Shown here: positions 49,480 through 60,479 of the stretch, one piece after another
How the letters are laid out: the number at the start of each line of letters is the position of its first letter
Numbering within the stretch: position 1 is the first letter of the stretch
Source: Pseudomonadota bacterium
Lineage (GTDB): Bacteria > Bdellovibrionota > Bdellovibrionia > Bdellovibrionales > Bdellovibrionaceae
DNA: 64,000 nucleotides
Assembly (NCBI GenBank): GCA_041178425.1
Contig: JBEGVH010000020.1
Span: 87,242 to 151,241 of the forward strand
Direction: 5' to 3'
The notes under the pieces: generated by a model
Seen by the model: only the letters and a program-made list of their open reading frames with translations
Told to the model about the DNA's origin: nothing
Databases searched by the model: none
Position numbers and translations under genes: made by a program

Positions 49480-50466
49480 TTAATTCCTCAGTAAACCCTG
49501 CTGTGACATCCAATTTACACTATTCTCTAGAGCTTGTTGAGCGGGGCGTGTAGTAAATCCCAACTCTTGTCTAGCTTTGCTTGCATCATACCAATGATAC
49601 ATCAAGGCCACGAGCGCTCGTTCTGAAGGCAAGGGGCCACTCTTTCCAACGCAAGCCATCAGATCATCAATTTTTGCTAGCCCTTTCAGCACAAGCGCAG
49701 GAACAGGAAGCCAGGGCCTAGCAACTCCCGCAATATCGGCTATCCGATCGAAGACCTCTTTTAAAGTAAGATTTTCTCCCGATAAAATATATCTCTCGCC
49801 CGAGCGCCCCTTCTGCATGGCACTCAACATACCCTCGATAACATCTTCTACTGCTACAATGGAGACTCCGCCCGATGGATAGGAAAACATTTCTCCCCGT
49901 GCGACCTTCAGTTGAGTTGACCGACTTGATTTTGAAGCATCACCAGCACCGTAGATAGTGCTCGGATTAACAATGACCCCATCCACTTTTCCGTCGGCCA
50001 CATAACGACGAAGGAGCGCCTCAGCCTGTCTCTTGGTTTCATGGTACCCGAGATGGTACTTTGTTAATTCAAAAGAAGACTCTTCGTTGAGAACTTCTGG
50101 AGTAAAAGTGGCCCCTACAGAAACAACCGAGCTTACTAAAAGGATTCTCTTCACTTTTGCAAAAACAGAAGCCTCTAAAATATTGGCGGTGCCATCGACG
50201 TTAATTTTTTGCATGATTTCGCGTTCACGCCGATTGTAGGCAACAAGACCAGCAAGGTGATACACTTGATCTTGCCCATGTGTTGCCGTTTTTAGTGATT
50301 CCAGATCGGTAATATCACCCTGAACAACGTTAATGTTTCTCTTCTTATAATTATCAGACCGATCGATATTTCTCAGTAAGACAGTGACGTCATCACCCTG
50401 AGCCACCAGGCGATCCACTAACCATGAACCCAGAAAACCATTGGCGCCAGTAATCAAAACTTTCAT
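49480..50466 (-). CDS. NAD-dependent epimerase/dehydratase (extended SDR, HpnA/DFR-like)
   Basis: TGANGFLG, YHETK, GERYIL. Confidence 0.88.
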   Translation of the reverse strand: MKVLITGANGFLGSWLVDRLVAQGDDVTVLLRNIDRSDNYKKRNINVVQGDITDLESLKTATHGQDQVYHLAGLVAYNRREREIMQKINVDGTANILEASVFAKVKRILLVSSVVSVGATFTPEVLNEESSFELTKYHLGYHETKRQAEALLRRYVADGKVDGVIVNPSTIYGAGDASKSSRSTQLKVARGEMFSYPSGGVSIVAVEDVIEGMLSAMQKGRSGERYILSGENLTLKEVFDRIADIAGVARPWLPVPALVLKGLAKIDDLMACVGKSGPLPSERALVALMYHWYDASKARQELGFTTRPAQQALENSVNWMSQQGLLRN

Positions 50467-51044
50467 GTCTTGTTCCCTTTTAATCGCTTATCAAGCCAAC
50501 GGGTCACCAACCAACTAATAAAGGTGCCAACCAAAGCTCCGGCCATAACATCGGAGAAAAAATGAACACCATTGTAGACCCGAGATAAACCGATAATTAG
50601 TGCGATCCCCCACCACAAGGCAGCCCAACGGGGATAAAAATGACTTAGAAAAAAAGCCAATCCTGCCATATTGGCCGCATGATTCGAAACAAAACTGTAG
50701 CCACTCGCTGGACTTTTCTGAACGATGTCTTGAAAAAGAACAAATGGGCGTTCACGCGCAATACCTTTTTTTAAAACCTGACCACAAACCGTATCGATGA
50801 TGAGTAAAGTAAAAACAAGTCCACCCAATTTAAATAAACCTAATCGGCGTTCCTTCCAAACCCACCAGACAAGCAGTGGAACGATCACTAATAAAATAAA
50901 ACCCGAATATTTATGAAGGTCGGTAACTGTCGAAAAAAAAGAATCCAGAACAGGATGACTGAAGTTGTTCTGTAGGCTCATCAGCAAATCGGCATCTATC
51001 TGATTCAGCCAAACAAAAAACGTAGAATTCAAGACATCCCCCAT
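50463..51044 (-). CDS. PAP2-family membrane lipid phosphatase
   Basis: K....RERP, SFVSNH, SRVYNGVHF.SD. Confidence 0.9.
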   Translation of the reverse strand: MGDVLNSTFFVWLNQIDADLLMSLQNNFSHPVLDSFFSTVTDLHKYSGFILLVIVPLLVWWVWKERRLGLFKLGGLVFTLLIIDTVCGQVLKKGIARERPFVLFQDIVQKSPASGYSFVSNHAANMAGLAFFLSHFYPRWAALWWGIALIIGLSRVYNGVHFFSDVMAGALVGTFISWLVTRWLDKRLKGNKT

Positions 51045-51122
51045 CCTTGCATTAGGTCAGTTTGACCCTACGATAGCAAAAATTAGAGGGATTGACGACG
51101 ATAATTTAATAACGGCTGACGT

Positions 51123-52229
51123 CTAGATCTGCGAACTTGAGTTCTCATTAGAAGCCTGAGCGCCAGATTCTCGCTCACTTTTGCCTTGCGCTTTCTCGAG
51201 ACTACCGCGAATTGAGGCGAGGGATTCTGGCTTACCAAATGGACCTTTCGCAATGAGCCGACGGAGCACTTCGCTCAAAGGTTTTTGCAAAGGACGAAGT
51301 GTTGGCTCCTGAAAAATACTTTCCTGGCCACGCCCCCAAGTCGCAGAGCGTTTATTATAAGAGAGCATGATAAACTGCGGAAGCTCTTTTAAGAATTCTC
51401 GAATTCCCCACAGCCTAGCCCGTATTCCAAAGGGTTGAGCCAATGCTTGCAGAGCTAAAGTCAAAACGGCGAGGTTCTCTGCTTGACCACCCTGACCACA
51501 AGATAAAAACCCAATGCCACGATCTCTCTGAATGAGTGAACCCTCTTCAAGAGTGAAAAATTCACGAATTTCCTTTAAAAGAAATTCTTGTTGCTGCCGC
51601 TTCTCGTTTTCATCTGCTTCGAAATTAAAACGAAAACCATCATTGGCAAGTTTAGCCTTAAAATCAGACAGCTTTTTGGTCCAGAAAAAATCTTTTGACC
51701 AATCCACCTCTTCTTCGATGGCATCAACAGGCAATGTGCTTCCCGAAGCATTCCAATAGTCTAACTCATAGCGGCTCACCAGCATTGTGGCCATTGTACC
51801 TAAGACTTCAACCCGAAAGAGCTCTTGGTCACCTTGAGCGACTAACTCTTTAACTTGAATAGGGAATCGTTCAGAGTGGGATTTTTGAAGATCACCCCAA
51901 ATCAATATATCGCCAGGGGCGTAATCAAAAGATTTCTGAAGAAAAGCAAATTGCTGAGTCAGTACAGTTTCGAGATGTTCAGAAAAATGAAATATTTCGG
52001 AGTGGCGAACAAAGCTCCAGTGCCCCAGATCATCGAGGCACTGATAGACAAAAGGAACTTGTGAGAAGGGCTTACCTGAGGCTTGTTTGAGATAGACAAG
52101 CAGTTCTTCTAGATTGAATCGAAACCGTGCAAAGTAATCAGAAGCAATGGGGGCTGTAGTATAGCGTGCTTCTTTTTCACTTTCTGAATTCCATTTAATC
52201 TCTCTTAGTTTAACCACTCTCTTTGCCAT
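51123..52229 (-). CDS. hypothetical cytoplasmic protein
   Basis: 368-aa ORF with GAGGAGG SD; no motif recognised. Confidence 0.65.
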   Translation of the reverse strand: MAKRVVKLREIKWNSESEKEARYTTAPIASDYFARFRFNLEELLVYLKQASGKPFSQVPFVYQCLDDLGHWSFVRHSEIFHFSEHLETVLTQQFAFLQKSFDYAPGDILIWGDLQKSHSERFPIQVKELVAQGDQELFRVEVLGTMATMLVSRYELDYWNASGSTLPVDAIEEEVDWSKDFFWTKKLSDFKAKLANDGFRFNFEADENEKRQQQEFLLKEIREFFTLEEGSLIQRDRGIGFLSCGQGGQAENLAVLTLALQALAQPFGIRARLWGIREFLKELPQFIMLSYNKRSATWGRGQESIFQEPTLRPLQKPLSEVLRRLIAKGPFGKPESLASIRGSLEKAQGKSERESGAQASNENSSSQI

Positions 52230-52290
52230 TCTGCCCTCCTCAAAACTTCAATTTGATTGCGAATTAAAACTATCTAAGATGTGCTAAGTT

Positions 52291-52965
52291 TTATGCCTTA
52301 CAGCCGAGAAGCTGATTCATTCGTTCCTCACCAAGCTTCTTTCTAAGAATTTCAGCTGGGAGTTCTGTATTATCCCTACGATTGAGCTCGGAGGTCATTT
52401 CATTGAGTAATTTAATATAACCTTGGCGTTCTTCTTTGCTATATTCAGAAATCATCTTAGGCAGAACAGAGATGAGCTTATTCAGGGCTTCGTTCGACTT
52501 CTCACCCGTTACACCAAGTACCGGGTTTTTGCCTAGTGCTGACACAAATCCAGAAGACGACTTTACCGCCGCGCGAATCTGAACCATTTCGTTTTTATCA
52601 TTTTCAGAGACTTTTCCTTCTCGGTCTTTTGCCTCAAGAACTTCTTCTGCGCGGGCCAAAGCGCGAATAATCTTAGCTTCTTTTGATCCGCGAAGTGCAA
52701 AGGCCTGAACATCGTTTACACTTCCCAACTCGTGTAGGCGTGCAACCTCTTCGATTGATCTTGCTAATTCAAAGGCCTCGGTTCCCTGCTTAGCTTTGAG
52801 AGTCTCAAAACTAGCCTTTTGCTGAATAACTTTCTCAATAGCTGAATGCTTGCTCTCGATGTCTTTGAAGGGCTCAACCAATACTTTTCCAACGGCAGCG
52901 AACGCCCCTTGACCAGCAATCAATGTCATAGCCGTCGCTAGGTTTAAAAGAAGTTTTGTATTCAT
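52291..52965 (-). CDS. secreted helical hypothetical protein
   Basis: Signal peptide AFA; GAGGAGG SD. Confidence 0.75.
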   Translation of the reverse strand: MNTKLLLNLATAMTLIAGQGAFAAVGKVLVEPFKDIESKHSAIEKVIQQKASFETLKAKQGTEAFELARSIEEVARLHELGSVNDVQAFALRGSKEAKIIRALARAEEVLEAKDREGKVSENDKNEMVQIRAAVKSSSGFVSALGKNPVLGVTGEKSNEALNKLISVLPKMISEYSKEERQGYIKLLNEMTSELNRRDNTELPAEILRKKLGEERMNQLLGCKA

Positions 52966-53228
52966 TAGATCCTCCTCGTTTGGTTAAGCCTAAATTAGAC
53001 CGACCTTTGTTTTTTCAAATTTGGCAAGCCCAGGCCTGCAGTTAACTTATTGATACTGTTCACTACTTCAAATACCATTCCATGCCTCAAGACGAGACGA
53101 TTATCAGTTAATTTAACCTATCGCTGTATCATCCTGATAAGCCGTAAACATAAATAATACCTATTTATATTTAAAAAGCATTTATTCCCTGGTAAATTCA
53201 GACAGTTACGCCAAATCAATTCGAATCT

Positions 53229-56200
53229 CTATTCCATACAGTCGACGCTTATTTTGCCGACTCGGTTCTGATTAGGGCGACAATTATTGTCGTCACGCTT
53301 ACTTTCTCCGTCTCTCGATAAGAGTGTAATAATAAGGCGGAAGTTGTTGAGCTCTTTAATATTTTTCTTAATCCCGTCTTGGCATATTTCAATGGTCGCC
53401 CTTTGTTCTGCAGTCAACGCGCTCATTCCCTCCGAATTTACAAGAGTGTCAAGTTCGTTCATCGCCTGTTCAAGACTAAGGCTCGCATCGCGATAGGCAT
53501 CGTTGGCTTGCCTTGTGACTTCTTTGGAGTTTTGAATTTGTGTTATGAAGTGAATGAGATTGTTCACCTCAACATCAACTCGTTTAATAACTTCAAAGTC
53601 ACCGGACGGCTTTGCGAATTTTACCTGGTTGTTCTTATTAAAAAAGGACTTAGAAAACACCCCAAAATCTGTTGGGGCATTGTCACGTAGAAGAGTAAAT
53701 AAAGGCATCTGTAGCCCTTCTTTAAGAACCTCATCCCTACTTATTTTCAAGGGAGATGTCGTTAGATCTGTCGCTCCGAGGACACGCTGATCTCCCAAAT
53801 CTCGAATCATTTCAACCAAGACTAATTCATAAAAGCGCATCTCTTGTTGTAGCGCCCATAGAGGGCTGTTGAAGATGGGCCCCATATTTGTTGTACTTAG
53901 GTTACGATTGGTCGTGAGTTGTCGAAACTGTTTAATAATTTTGTCATAATCTTTTGAGTAAGAAGCTAGCGCGCCATCCACTTGAATACCAACATGATTA
54001 TCCCACCAGGTTTTCAAATTATTTTTCGATGAAGCCGCATCGACAACCGAGGGTCTGACGTTAGCCTTGAGATAACCAAAGACACCGTCAAATGACTGAT
54101 AAGAACCATCCTCTTTTAATACAGAAATAGTCTCGCTGTACATTGAGTGTTTGGGCCCAAACCAGTCCTTATTACAAAAATTCACCGGGGCAGCTTCCTT
54201 CTGGCGAATCATTGGAGGAAAAAATTCATCATAGTCAGCCCATTTGGTTTTTATAACAGATTGCTTAGCTTCGGCCTCTGGGCCACAGAGCATTTGATAA
54301 ACCATATACTCGGCGGCATTCCTCAAATAGAATCTACCAGGCGAATTCGGGTATTCCATTAATTCGAAAAACTGACCGAAGTTGGGGTGAAGGGCAAAAC
54401 CTTGAATGTAAGGCTTACCCTTTTCTGAGGTTGGCTCTGGTCGACCCACTTCTTCTAGAATGGCATCATAAATTTTTTTAACAGGTGCCTGGAAGGTCTT
54501 GGCAAAACCTAATGTTGGTTTTACCGCGTTTGCCAAAATTGCGACTCCTTCTGACATTTTTTCTGTTTCTCGATCAAACCAAACCTGAGCACTAAATAGA
54601 ATTTGCTTATCTTGCAAGTCACTTCGATCAGAGGCATCGGCAATCAAAAGAGCTTCGACTCCATCTCCCTTAAGAGGTTCGAGAGCTCTACGAAGCTGGC
54701 TCTCAGTGGCAGAAACAACCTCAACATCACCGTTTCTAAAGGCCCTGAGAAGGTTCAGCATTTGTCCTTCTTCTCTCGCCTCCCATAAAGTTGCCACTTT
54801 CTCTAACGCTTGAAGAGTGGGCGGCAACTGGCCCGCCCCTGAAGCCTCGGCAAGCATTTCGCGAAGCTTTTTAGCGCCCAATTTTAATCGAGCCTTTCTA
54901 AAGTTTTGCAACTGCCAGTAGCCATCAAGATAACCACTCTTTGGAAATTCCTGATCCGCTTGGGGTAGTAAAGGTTTAATACCGTTAAGAGAATCATTCC
55001 TGTCGATGGGAGATTCTTTACCTTGCTTCGATTCAATGATCGAATTGAGGATGTGATTATACACACTGAAGCTTCCATCAAGGGAGGCACTCAAGTGGGA
55101 TAACTTTTGACTCCATGAACCGTGAGCAATACTTATCGGCTCCAAATTGGCCTGGCGCCAATGAGCCATCTTCTCCTGAAATTCGAGAATCTGAGCATTA
55201 AACCCATCGTAACAGGTTTTGCCCTCGTCTTGTTCTATGCATTTTTTCGCACCAGAATTGGCCACAGGCGAAACCCACTGATTGCCCTTAAGCTGAAGAA
55301 ATTCATCAGTCAGCGAATCAGTCAGCTTAGCCAAGCTGTACCCTTGTGTCATATCGGCCCAGCCCTTTCGAACGAGGGGGCTCAACTGATGATCCACACC
55401 AACAAAAAGTGATATTTGAAAAAAATTGAGCGCTGTGGCTCCAACCTTAGCAGGAACTTTACCTGGCAAAAAATAGCTCAACACATTCACCGAACGCCAT
55501 ACCAGAGGGGATTTTGCAACCTGAGCAAAAGCTTTTGAGCGGAACCCCTCCATGAGTGCCTTTTGCACTGTTCCTGCAATCCAAGAGGACATCAGCATAG
55601 ATGTCAAACTGGGGGCCATCTCAAGAATACTATTTTTGAGAACCAGATGCTGATAGGCATTGGTACAACTCTGTGGAACCGCTCGATTTTTTTCACGATG
55701 GTTTTTAAGCAAATCTTTCGCACACGATCTAAGGGGTTCTAAGACCTGGCTACTCAAATCAGAAGCCATCATACCGACCGTCATACCTAAATAGGGCCAG
55801 AGCGCAGGACTTCGGATAATCTTAGGCCACATAGTCATAGATATGCGATTGGCGTACATGAACATAAAGAACGAGAAATGGCCAACCGGATTGGTGAGGC
55901 TTTCTACCTGTTGAGCAAAAGCCATAGGATTATTTTCGTAGTGGGTCATCATCTCGAGGAGAAGCACTCCTCCAACCCCGGCAAAAAAAACAGCCGATTC
56001 CTTAGGAAAATCATAAGCCGTTTGCTTTAATGTGGCAGACCGTTCAAAGTGGGCCAACATATCGCTCGCTCCGGCGCTTTGTCCCTGAAGAAAATCGGGA
56101 ATATTTTTTGGTGAATAAGCTTGAAGCCTATCTTTCGAAGTGGTGGGCACTGTGACGTTTAAGTTCTCGGTTTCTTTGTTTCTTTTATCAGTCAATTGAA

Positions 56201-56330
56201 CCGAATAGCTTGTATCTTTACTGCTGGAGTTCGGCCCCATTTGAGTTTGACTTTTACCGCTTCCGAAGGTTGGCGAGACCGCCGTTATCACCAGGGTAAT
56301 ACCTAGAAGTCTCAACACTTTTATGAACAT
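53229..56330 (-). CDS. large secreted/membrane hypothetical protein
   Basis: GAGGTGG SD before ATG 56330; signal peptide; several internal hydrophobic helices and Cys pairs. Confidence 0.75.
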   Translation of the reverse strand: MFIKVLRLLGITLVITAVSPTFGSGKSQTQMGPNSSSKDTSYSVQLTDKRNKETENLNVTVPTTSKDRLQAYSPKNIPDFLQGQSAGASDMLAHFERSATLKQTAYDFPKESAVFFAGVGGVLLLEMMTHYENNPMAFAQQVESLTNPVGHFSFFMFMYANRISMTMWPKIIRSPALWPYLGMTVGMMASDLSSQVLEPLRSCAKDLLKNHREKNRAVPQSCTNAYQHLVLKNSILEMAPSLTSMLMSSWIAGTVQKALMEGFRSKAFAQVAKSPLVWRSVNVLSYFLPGKVPAKVGATALNFFQISLFVGVDHQLSPLVRKGWADMTQGYSLAKLTDSLTDEFLQLKGNQWVSPVANSGAKKCIEQDEGKTCYDGFNAQILEFQEKMAHWRQANLEPISIAHGSWSQKLSHLSASLDGSFSVYNHILNSIIESKQGKESPIDRNDSLNGIKPLLPQADQEFPKSGYLDGYWQLQNFRKARLKLGAKKLREMLAEASGAGQLPPTLQALEKVATLWEAREEGQMLNLLRAFRNGDVEVVSATESQLRRALEPLKGDGVEALLIADASDRSDLQDKQILFSAQVWFDRETEKMSEGVAILANAVKPTLGFAKTFQAPVKKIYDAILEEVGRPEPTSEKGKPYIQGFALHPNFGQFFELMEYPNSPGRFYLRNAAEYMVYQMLCGPEAEAKQSVIKTKWADYDEFFPPMIRQKEAAPVNFCNKDWFGPKHSMYSETISVLKEDGSYQSFDGVFGYLKANVRPSVVDAASSKNNLKTWWDNHVGIQVDGALASYSKDYDKIIKQFRQLTTNRNLSTTNMGPIFNSPLWALQQEMRFYELVLVEMIRDLGDQRVLGATDLTTSPLKISRDEVLKEGLQMPLFTLLRDNAPTDFGVFSKSFFNKNNQVKFAKPSGDFEVIKRVDVEVNNLIHFITQIQNSKEVTRQANDAYRDASLSLEQAMNELDTLVNSEGMSALTAEQRATIEICQDGIKKNIKELNNFRLIITLLSRDGESKRDDNNCRPNQNRVGKISVDCME

Positions 56331-56353
56331 AGCCACCTCAAGTGCTTCATAAG

Positions 56354-56369
56354 AGCAAAATGGGGACCA
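56354..56369 (-). promoter_or_regulatory. sigma-54-type -24/-12 promoter
   Basis: TGGTCCCCATTTTGCT: GG-N10-GC, about 24 nt upstream of ATG 56330. Confidence 0.55.
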
Positions 56370-56550
56370 TTTGTGGACCATTTTAAAACTCCATGTATTC
56401 ACAAAGGAGCCAACGCCACTGTTTAATGCTTTGACGGAAAGACAATTTCGGCCATCACCAGATCCTTGAATAAAATTGGCATCCCGCGCGAAATCACCAT
56501 TGCCACCGAATTATCTTGGGTTTAAACCAATGAGTGGAGAGAATTTTGAT

Positions 56551-57165
56551 ATGACTACGACAAAAACTATTTACTACTTCAGACACGGAGAAACAGATTG
56601 GAATCATCAAGGTCGTTTTCAAGGCCACAGCGATATTCCTCTCAATAATACCGGCGTTGAGCAGGCAAAAAAACTCCGACCTCTCCTCGAGGAATGGCGA
56701 CCAGAAATTCTCATTAGCAGCGATCTAAAACGAGCTAAACAAACTGCACGGTTAGCTAACGCAAGACTCCAGGCGCCTCACCTCATTGATCCAAGACTTC
56801 GAGAAATTAACTTGGGACAAGCAGAAGGCAAGACCATTGTCGAAGTTGAGGCCCTATGGGGAAAACAAGCGGTCCTCGACTGGATCACCTTTAAAGCAGA
56901 ATGCTCTGACTTTTATTTTCCAGGTGGCGAAAAAAAAATTGATAGCGTCATCAGGGTGAAAACCTTTTTAGAAAATATTTTGTTTAGTCTACCTAACCAA
57001 ACTTTAGGTGTTATAGGTCACGGGGGCACTCTAAAACGATTTTGTCACCATATTGCTCAAGACAAAAATCGAGAATATCCAATTCCTAATTGTTGTGTAT
57101 ACAAGGTACAGTTTGATCTCTCAACCAGACGCTGGAGCGAAGCGGCACTTGTATCACCTGTCTAA
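56551..57165 (+). CDS. histidine phosphatase (phosphoglycerate mutase family)
   Basis: RHGETDWN, SSDL.RA.QT, LREI..G..EG, GHGG. Confidence 0.92.
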   Translation: MTTTKTIYYFRHGETDWNHQGRFQGHSDIPLNNTGVEQAKKLRPLLEEWRPEILISSDLKRAKQTARLANARLQAPHLIDPRLREINLGQAEGKTIVEVEALWGKQAVLDWITFKAECSDFYFPGGEKKIDSVIRVKTFLENILFSLPNQTLGVIGHGGTLKRFCHHIAQDKNREYPIPNCCVYKVQFDLSTRRWSEAALVSPV

Positions 57166-57297
57166 AAATCAGGTCTACCTGAGCGTTTTTGTCCTTGTTG
57201 CGTTCCTCGAAAGAGGTCCTATTCCTTAGGCATAACCACTTTTTGTTTATCATTCAGGATCGGATTCTTTAGAATCTATCTGAAAGGGTTAAGGTCT

Positions 57298-60039
57298 ATG
57301 TCGTCAAACGCTCCTGATCAGGCTATTTCCGAATTTATTGCTGAATCCGAAGAAATTATCGGCAGGCTAAACTCTAATTTATCTCATTTGGAATCGGGTC
57401 CGTTTACTCAAGAAAAAATTGATTCGATTTATCGAGACATCCACACCCTCAAAGGAACTTCACAACTTTTTGGCTTTATAAATATTGGTCTCATTGGCCA
57501 CGCCCTCGAAGCTTGTTTAGAGCCTGTTCGCAGCAAACGAGTTGGCTTAACACCAAAATTAATAAACGTGATTTTCTCCTGTTTAGATCATGTGGACCAC
57601 ATTTTGAAATCACCTGAAAAAGAACTTACAAAAGATAATGCCACCAAAAAAGAAACAGAGAGCGTTATCGCGAATCTGATAGAAGTTGCCGTCGACAGTC
57701 AAGATGGCAACTTTAAACTCACTCGCGAGAATTATTTCCCACCAGATGATACTGAAGTGACTAAACAAACATTGCTCGCTTTACTTCCGAAGAAAGACGA
57801 TTCGAATCCAATTTCGAGCCCTACGCAAAAGACCACAAAATCTCAAGATAATCAAAAATCGAGTTCTGACTTAAGCAAAAGAGACGATCTTGAGGCTACT
57901 CTTTTGAGAGTAAAAAGTGAACTTGAGGTTCAAGAGAGTCCAGCCAGCGAGGCATCGACCATTCGGGTTCAAATCAGCGTCTTAGATCGACTCATGAATT
58001 TAGCCGGCGAAATGGTTTTGCTTCGTAACCAGGTTTTGCAGTACTCACAAAAAAATGACAACTTTGAATTTTTGAATATCAGACAGCGACTCGATCTGGT
58101 CACTTCTGAACTTCAAGAGGATGTCATGAAAACCCGCATGCAACCCATCGGAAACGTGCTATCAAAATTCACACGCGTAGTGCGTGAAATTTCTCGCGAC
58201 CTCAATAAAAAAATTGAATTTACTGTCAAAGGTGCAGAGACAGAGTTAGACAAAAGTCTTTTAGAAGCGATTAAAGATCCTCTGACTCACATTATTAGAA
58301 ATTCTTGTGATCATGGCATCGAAACTCCTGAAGAACGCCGCCGTAATTCAAAGAGTGAGTCTGGTCATGTTGAAGTATTGGCCTTTCAAGAAGGTGGACA
58401 AGTCATCATCGAAATTTCTGATGACGGACGAGGCCTGAATCTTCCAAAAATCTTGGCAAAAGCCATAGAAATGGGCGTCGTTAGCCCTGAAAAAGCAGCT
58501 ACTCTCTTAGAACGAGATATAGCGCAACTTATTTTTGCACCTGGATTCTCCACCGCCGAACATATCAGCACCCTCTCCGGTCGAGGTGTTGGAATGGATG
58601 TAGTTAAAACCAACATAGACAAAGTCGGTGGAACTGTTGATATCACAACGAAGCCAGGACGAGGAACAAAAATCCGGCTGCGAATTCCACTCACTTTAGC
58701 GATTGTTCCGGCCATGATCGTTCGCTCAGAGTCAGAAGTGTTTGCAATCCCCCAAATTAAGGTTCAAGAGCTATTAAGAATCGATCTTGATTCTGAAAAT
58801 CATAAAATTGAAAACCTACAGGGCCAATCGATTTTTCGACTTCGCGGCCATCTTCTCCCCCTGGTCTTTCTGAATGACCTTTTAGATTTGCCAAATCAAT
58901 CCGGACGAACAAAAAGTAATAACGATATCTACAATATCGTAGTTTTAACCACCGATGGTGAACCTTTTGGACTCGTTGTCGATGAAATTCTTGATACGGC
59001 GGATATTGTTGTAAAGCCGCTACCCCAATTTTTAAAACGCCTAAGTACGTTTTCAGGTTCGACAATCATGGGTGACGGCTCAGTGGCGCTCATCGTCGAT
59101 GTGGGTGGTATTGCGCAAAAAGCGAACTTAAAAACGGCAACACAAATGAGTAAAAATGATAAGTCTCGAAGGGGCATCGATGATGTCAAAAACCACTTCA
59201 TTGAAAATCAGGAACTCCTCTTTTTTAGCCTCAACGGGCAAGGCAAATACTGTCTCCCTCTCATCCTCGTTCATCGACTAGAAGAACTTCCATTTCAATA
59301 TATAGAAGACGTCGGTAGAGAGCGTATCGCCAGATATCGAGATTCAATTCTTCCTATCATAAATCTCAATCAGTACTTTAAGTTACCCCACTCGTCTCAA
59401 GAGACCCAGCGAGATAAGTCATCTGTGATAGTGGTATCGAAAAAAAGACGCCTCTTTGGCATCGAAGTCAATGAGATCTACGATGTTATCAATATCAAAT
59501 CTGACATTGAGTCACCCCTCCAAGAGCGAAAGGGAGTGCTAGGAAACGTCATCAATGAGAAGCAAATCGCCACAGTGATAGATGCTTTAGGTATCATCGA
59601 AGACATTACGGAACCCAATAAAACGACCGCCTCAAAATCGCAAAAGGCACTCAAAAAGCGAGCCCGGGTTTTATTTGCCGAAGATACGCGCTTTTTTGTT
59701 CAGCACGTTCAAAAAATTCTCGCAGAGGCCAATATCGAACTCGTTCATGCACCTGATGGCGACGCCGCTTTCAAGGTTTTAAAAAATGCCTCAGCGGGCG
59801 AATTCGACTTGGTGCTCTCCGATATCGAAATGCCAATCATGAATGGATTTGAACTGGCAGAAAAAATACGAATGGAACCAAAGTGGAAATCAATTCCTAT
59901 GATTGCGCTATCCACTCGCTTTCGAGAGGCGGATGTCAAAAAAGGAATAGAAGTGGGTTTTAATCAATACCTCGAAAAATTAAAAGCCGATCAGTTGCTA
60001 GAAGCAATCAAGAATCAGCTAGAAGGAGTTGTTGCGTGA
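57298..60039 (+). CDS. cheA: hybrid chemotaxis kinase CheA (Hpt-dimer-HATPase-CheW-CheW-REC)
   Basis: IHTLKG, HIIRNSCDHGIE, DDGRG, GFST, SGRGVGMDVV; C-terminal SDIEMP REC. Confidence 0.95.
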   Translation: MSSNAPDQAISEFIAESEEIIGRLNSNLSHLESGPFTQEKIDSIYRDIHTLKGTSQLFGFINIGLIGHALEACLEPVRSKRVGLTPKLINVIFSCLDHVDHILKSPEKELTKDNATKKETESVIANLIEVAVDSQDGNFKLTRENYFPPDDTEVTKQTLLALLPKKDDSNPISSPTQKTTKSQDNQKSSSDLSKRDDLEATLLRVKSELEVQESPASEASTIRVQISVLDRLMNLAGEMVLLRNQVLQYSQKNDNFEFLNIRQRLDLVTSELQEDVMKTRMQPIGNVLSKFTRVVREISRDLNKKIEFTVKGAETELDKSLLEAIKDPLTHIIRNSCDHGIETPEERRRNSKSESGHVEVLAFQEGGQVIIEISDDGRGLNLPKILAKAIEMGVVSPEKAATLLERDIAQLIFAPGFSTAEHISTLSGRGVGMDVVKTNIDKVGGTVDITTKPGRGTKIRLRIPLTLAIVPAMIVRSESEVFAIPQIKVQELLRIDLDSENHKIENLQGQSIFRLRGHLLPLVFLNDLLDLPNQSGRTKSNNDIYNIVVLTTDGEPFGLVVDEILDTADIVVKPLPQFLKRLSTFSGSTIMGDGSVALIVDVGGIAQKANLKTATQMSKNDKSRRGIDDVKNHFIENQELLFFSLNGQGKYCLPLILVHRLEELPFQYIEDVGRERIARYRDSILPIINLNQYFKLPHSSQETQRDKSSVIVVSKKRRLFGIEVNEIYDVINIKSDIESPLQERKGVLGNVINEKQIATVIDALGIIEDITEPNKTTASKSQKALKKRARVLFAEDTRFFVQHVQKILAEANIELVHAPDGDAAFKVLKNASAGEFDLVLSDIEMPIMNGFELAEKIRMEPKWKSIPMIALSTRFREADVKKGIEVGFNQYLEKLKADQLLEAIKNQLEGVVA

Positions 60040-60467
60040 ACTCGAGACAATTTTGCACCTTCTTGGTAGCAGATCGCCTCTACGGAATTGACGTTATGAA
60101 CGTCCAAGAAATTACCAAGATGATGGCTGCCACAAAAGTTCCTTTAGCACCCAATTTTGTTCATGGTCTCATCAATCTTCGCGGACAAATCGCAACGGCG
60201 GTTGGTCTTCGAGAACTTTTTGATCTAAACGAAGTTAAAAACAATACGGAGTCTATGAATGTTGTCTGCAAAGGCGAGGGCCTTCTGCTCTCTCTGATTG
60301 TTGACCAAATCGGAGATGTTATCGAAGTAGAAGACGCTGCTTTTGAAGCAACTCCAGAGACAATTAACCCAGGTGTAGGACGTTTTATGCAAGGGGTTTA
60401 CAAAATCTCAGGCAACCTACTCAGTATCATTGATGTAAAAAAAATTATTGAAGTTTTAAATAAATAA
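60036..60467 (+). CDS. cheW: CheW adaptor
   Basis: YGIDV..VQEI, VP.AP.FV.GLINLRG, LIVD.IGDV. Confidence 0.95.
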   Translation: MNSRQFCTFLVADRLYGIDVMNVQEITKMMAATKVPLAPNFVHGLINLRGQIATAVGLRELFDLNEVKNNTESMNVVCKGEGLLLSLIVDQIGDVIEVEDAAFEATPETINPGVGRFMQGVYKISGNLLSIIDVKKIIEVLNK

Positions 60468-60479
60468 CTCGGAGGAATT

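Noticed and set aside
51123..52229. Degenerate aminoacyl-tRNA-synthetase-like protein
   Set aside because: Only a vague impression with no class I/II motifs identifiable; left as hypothetical.
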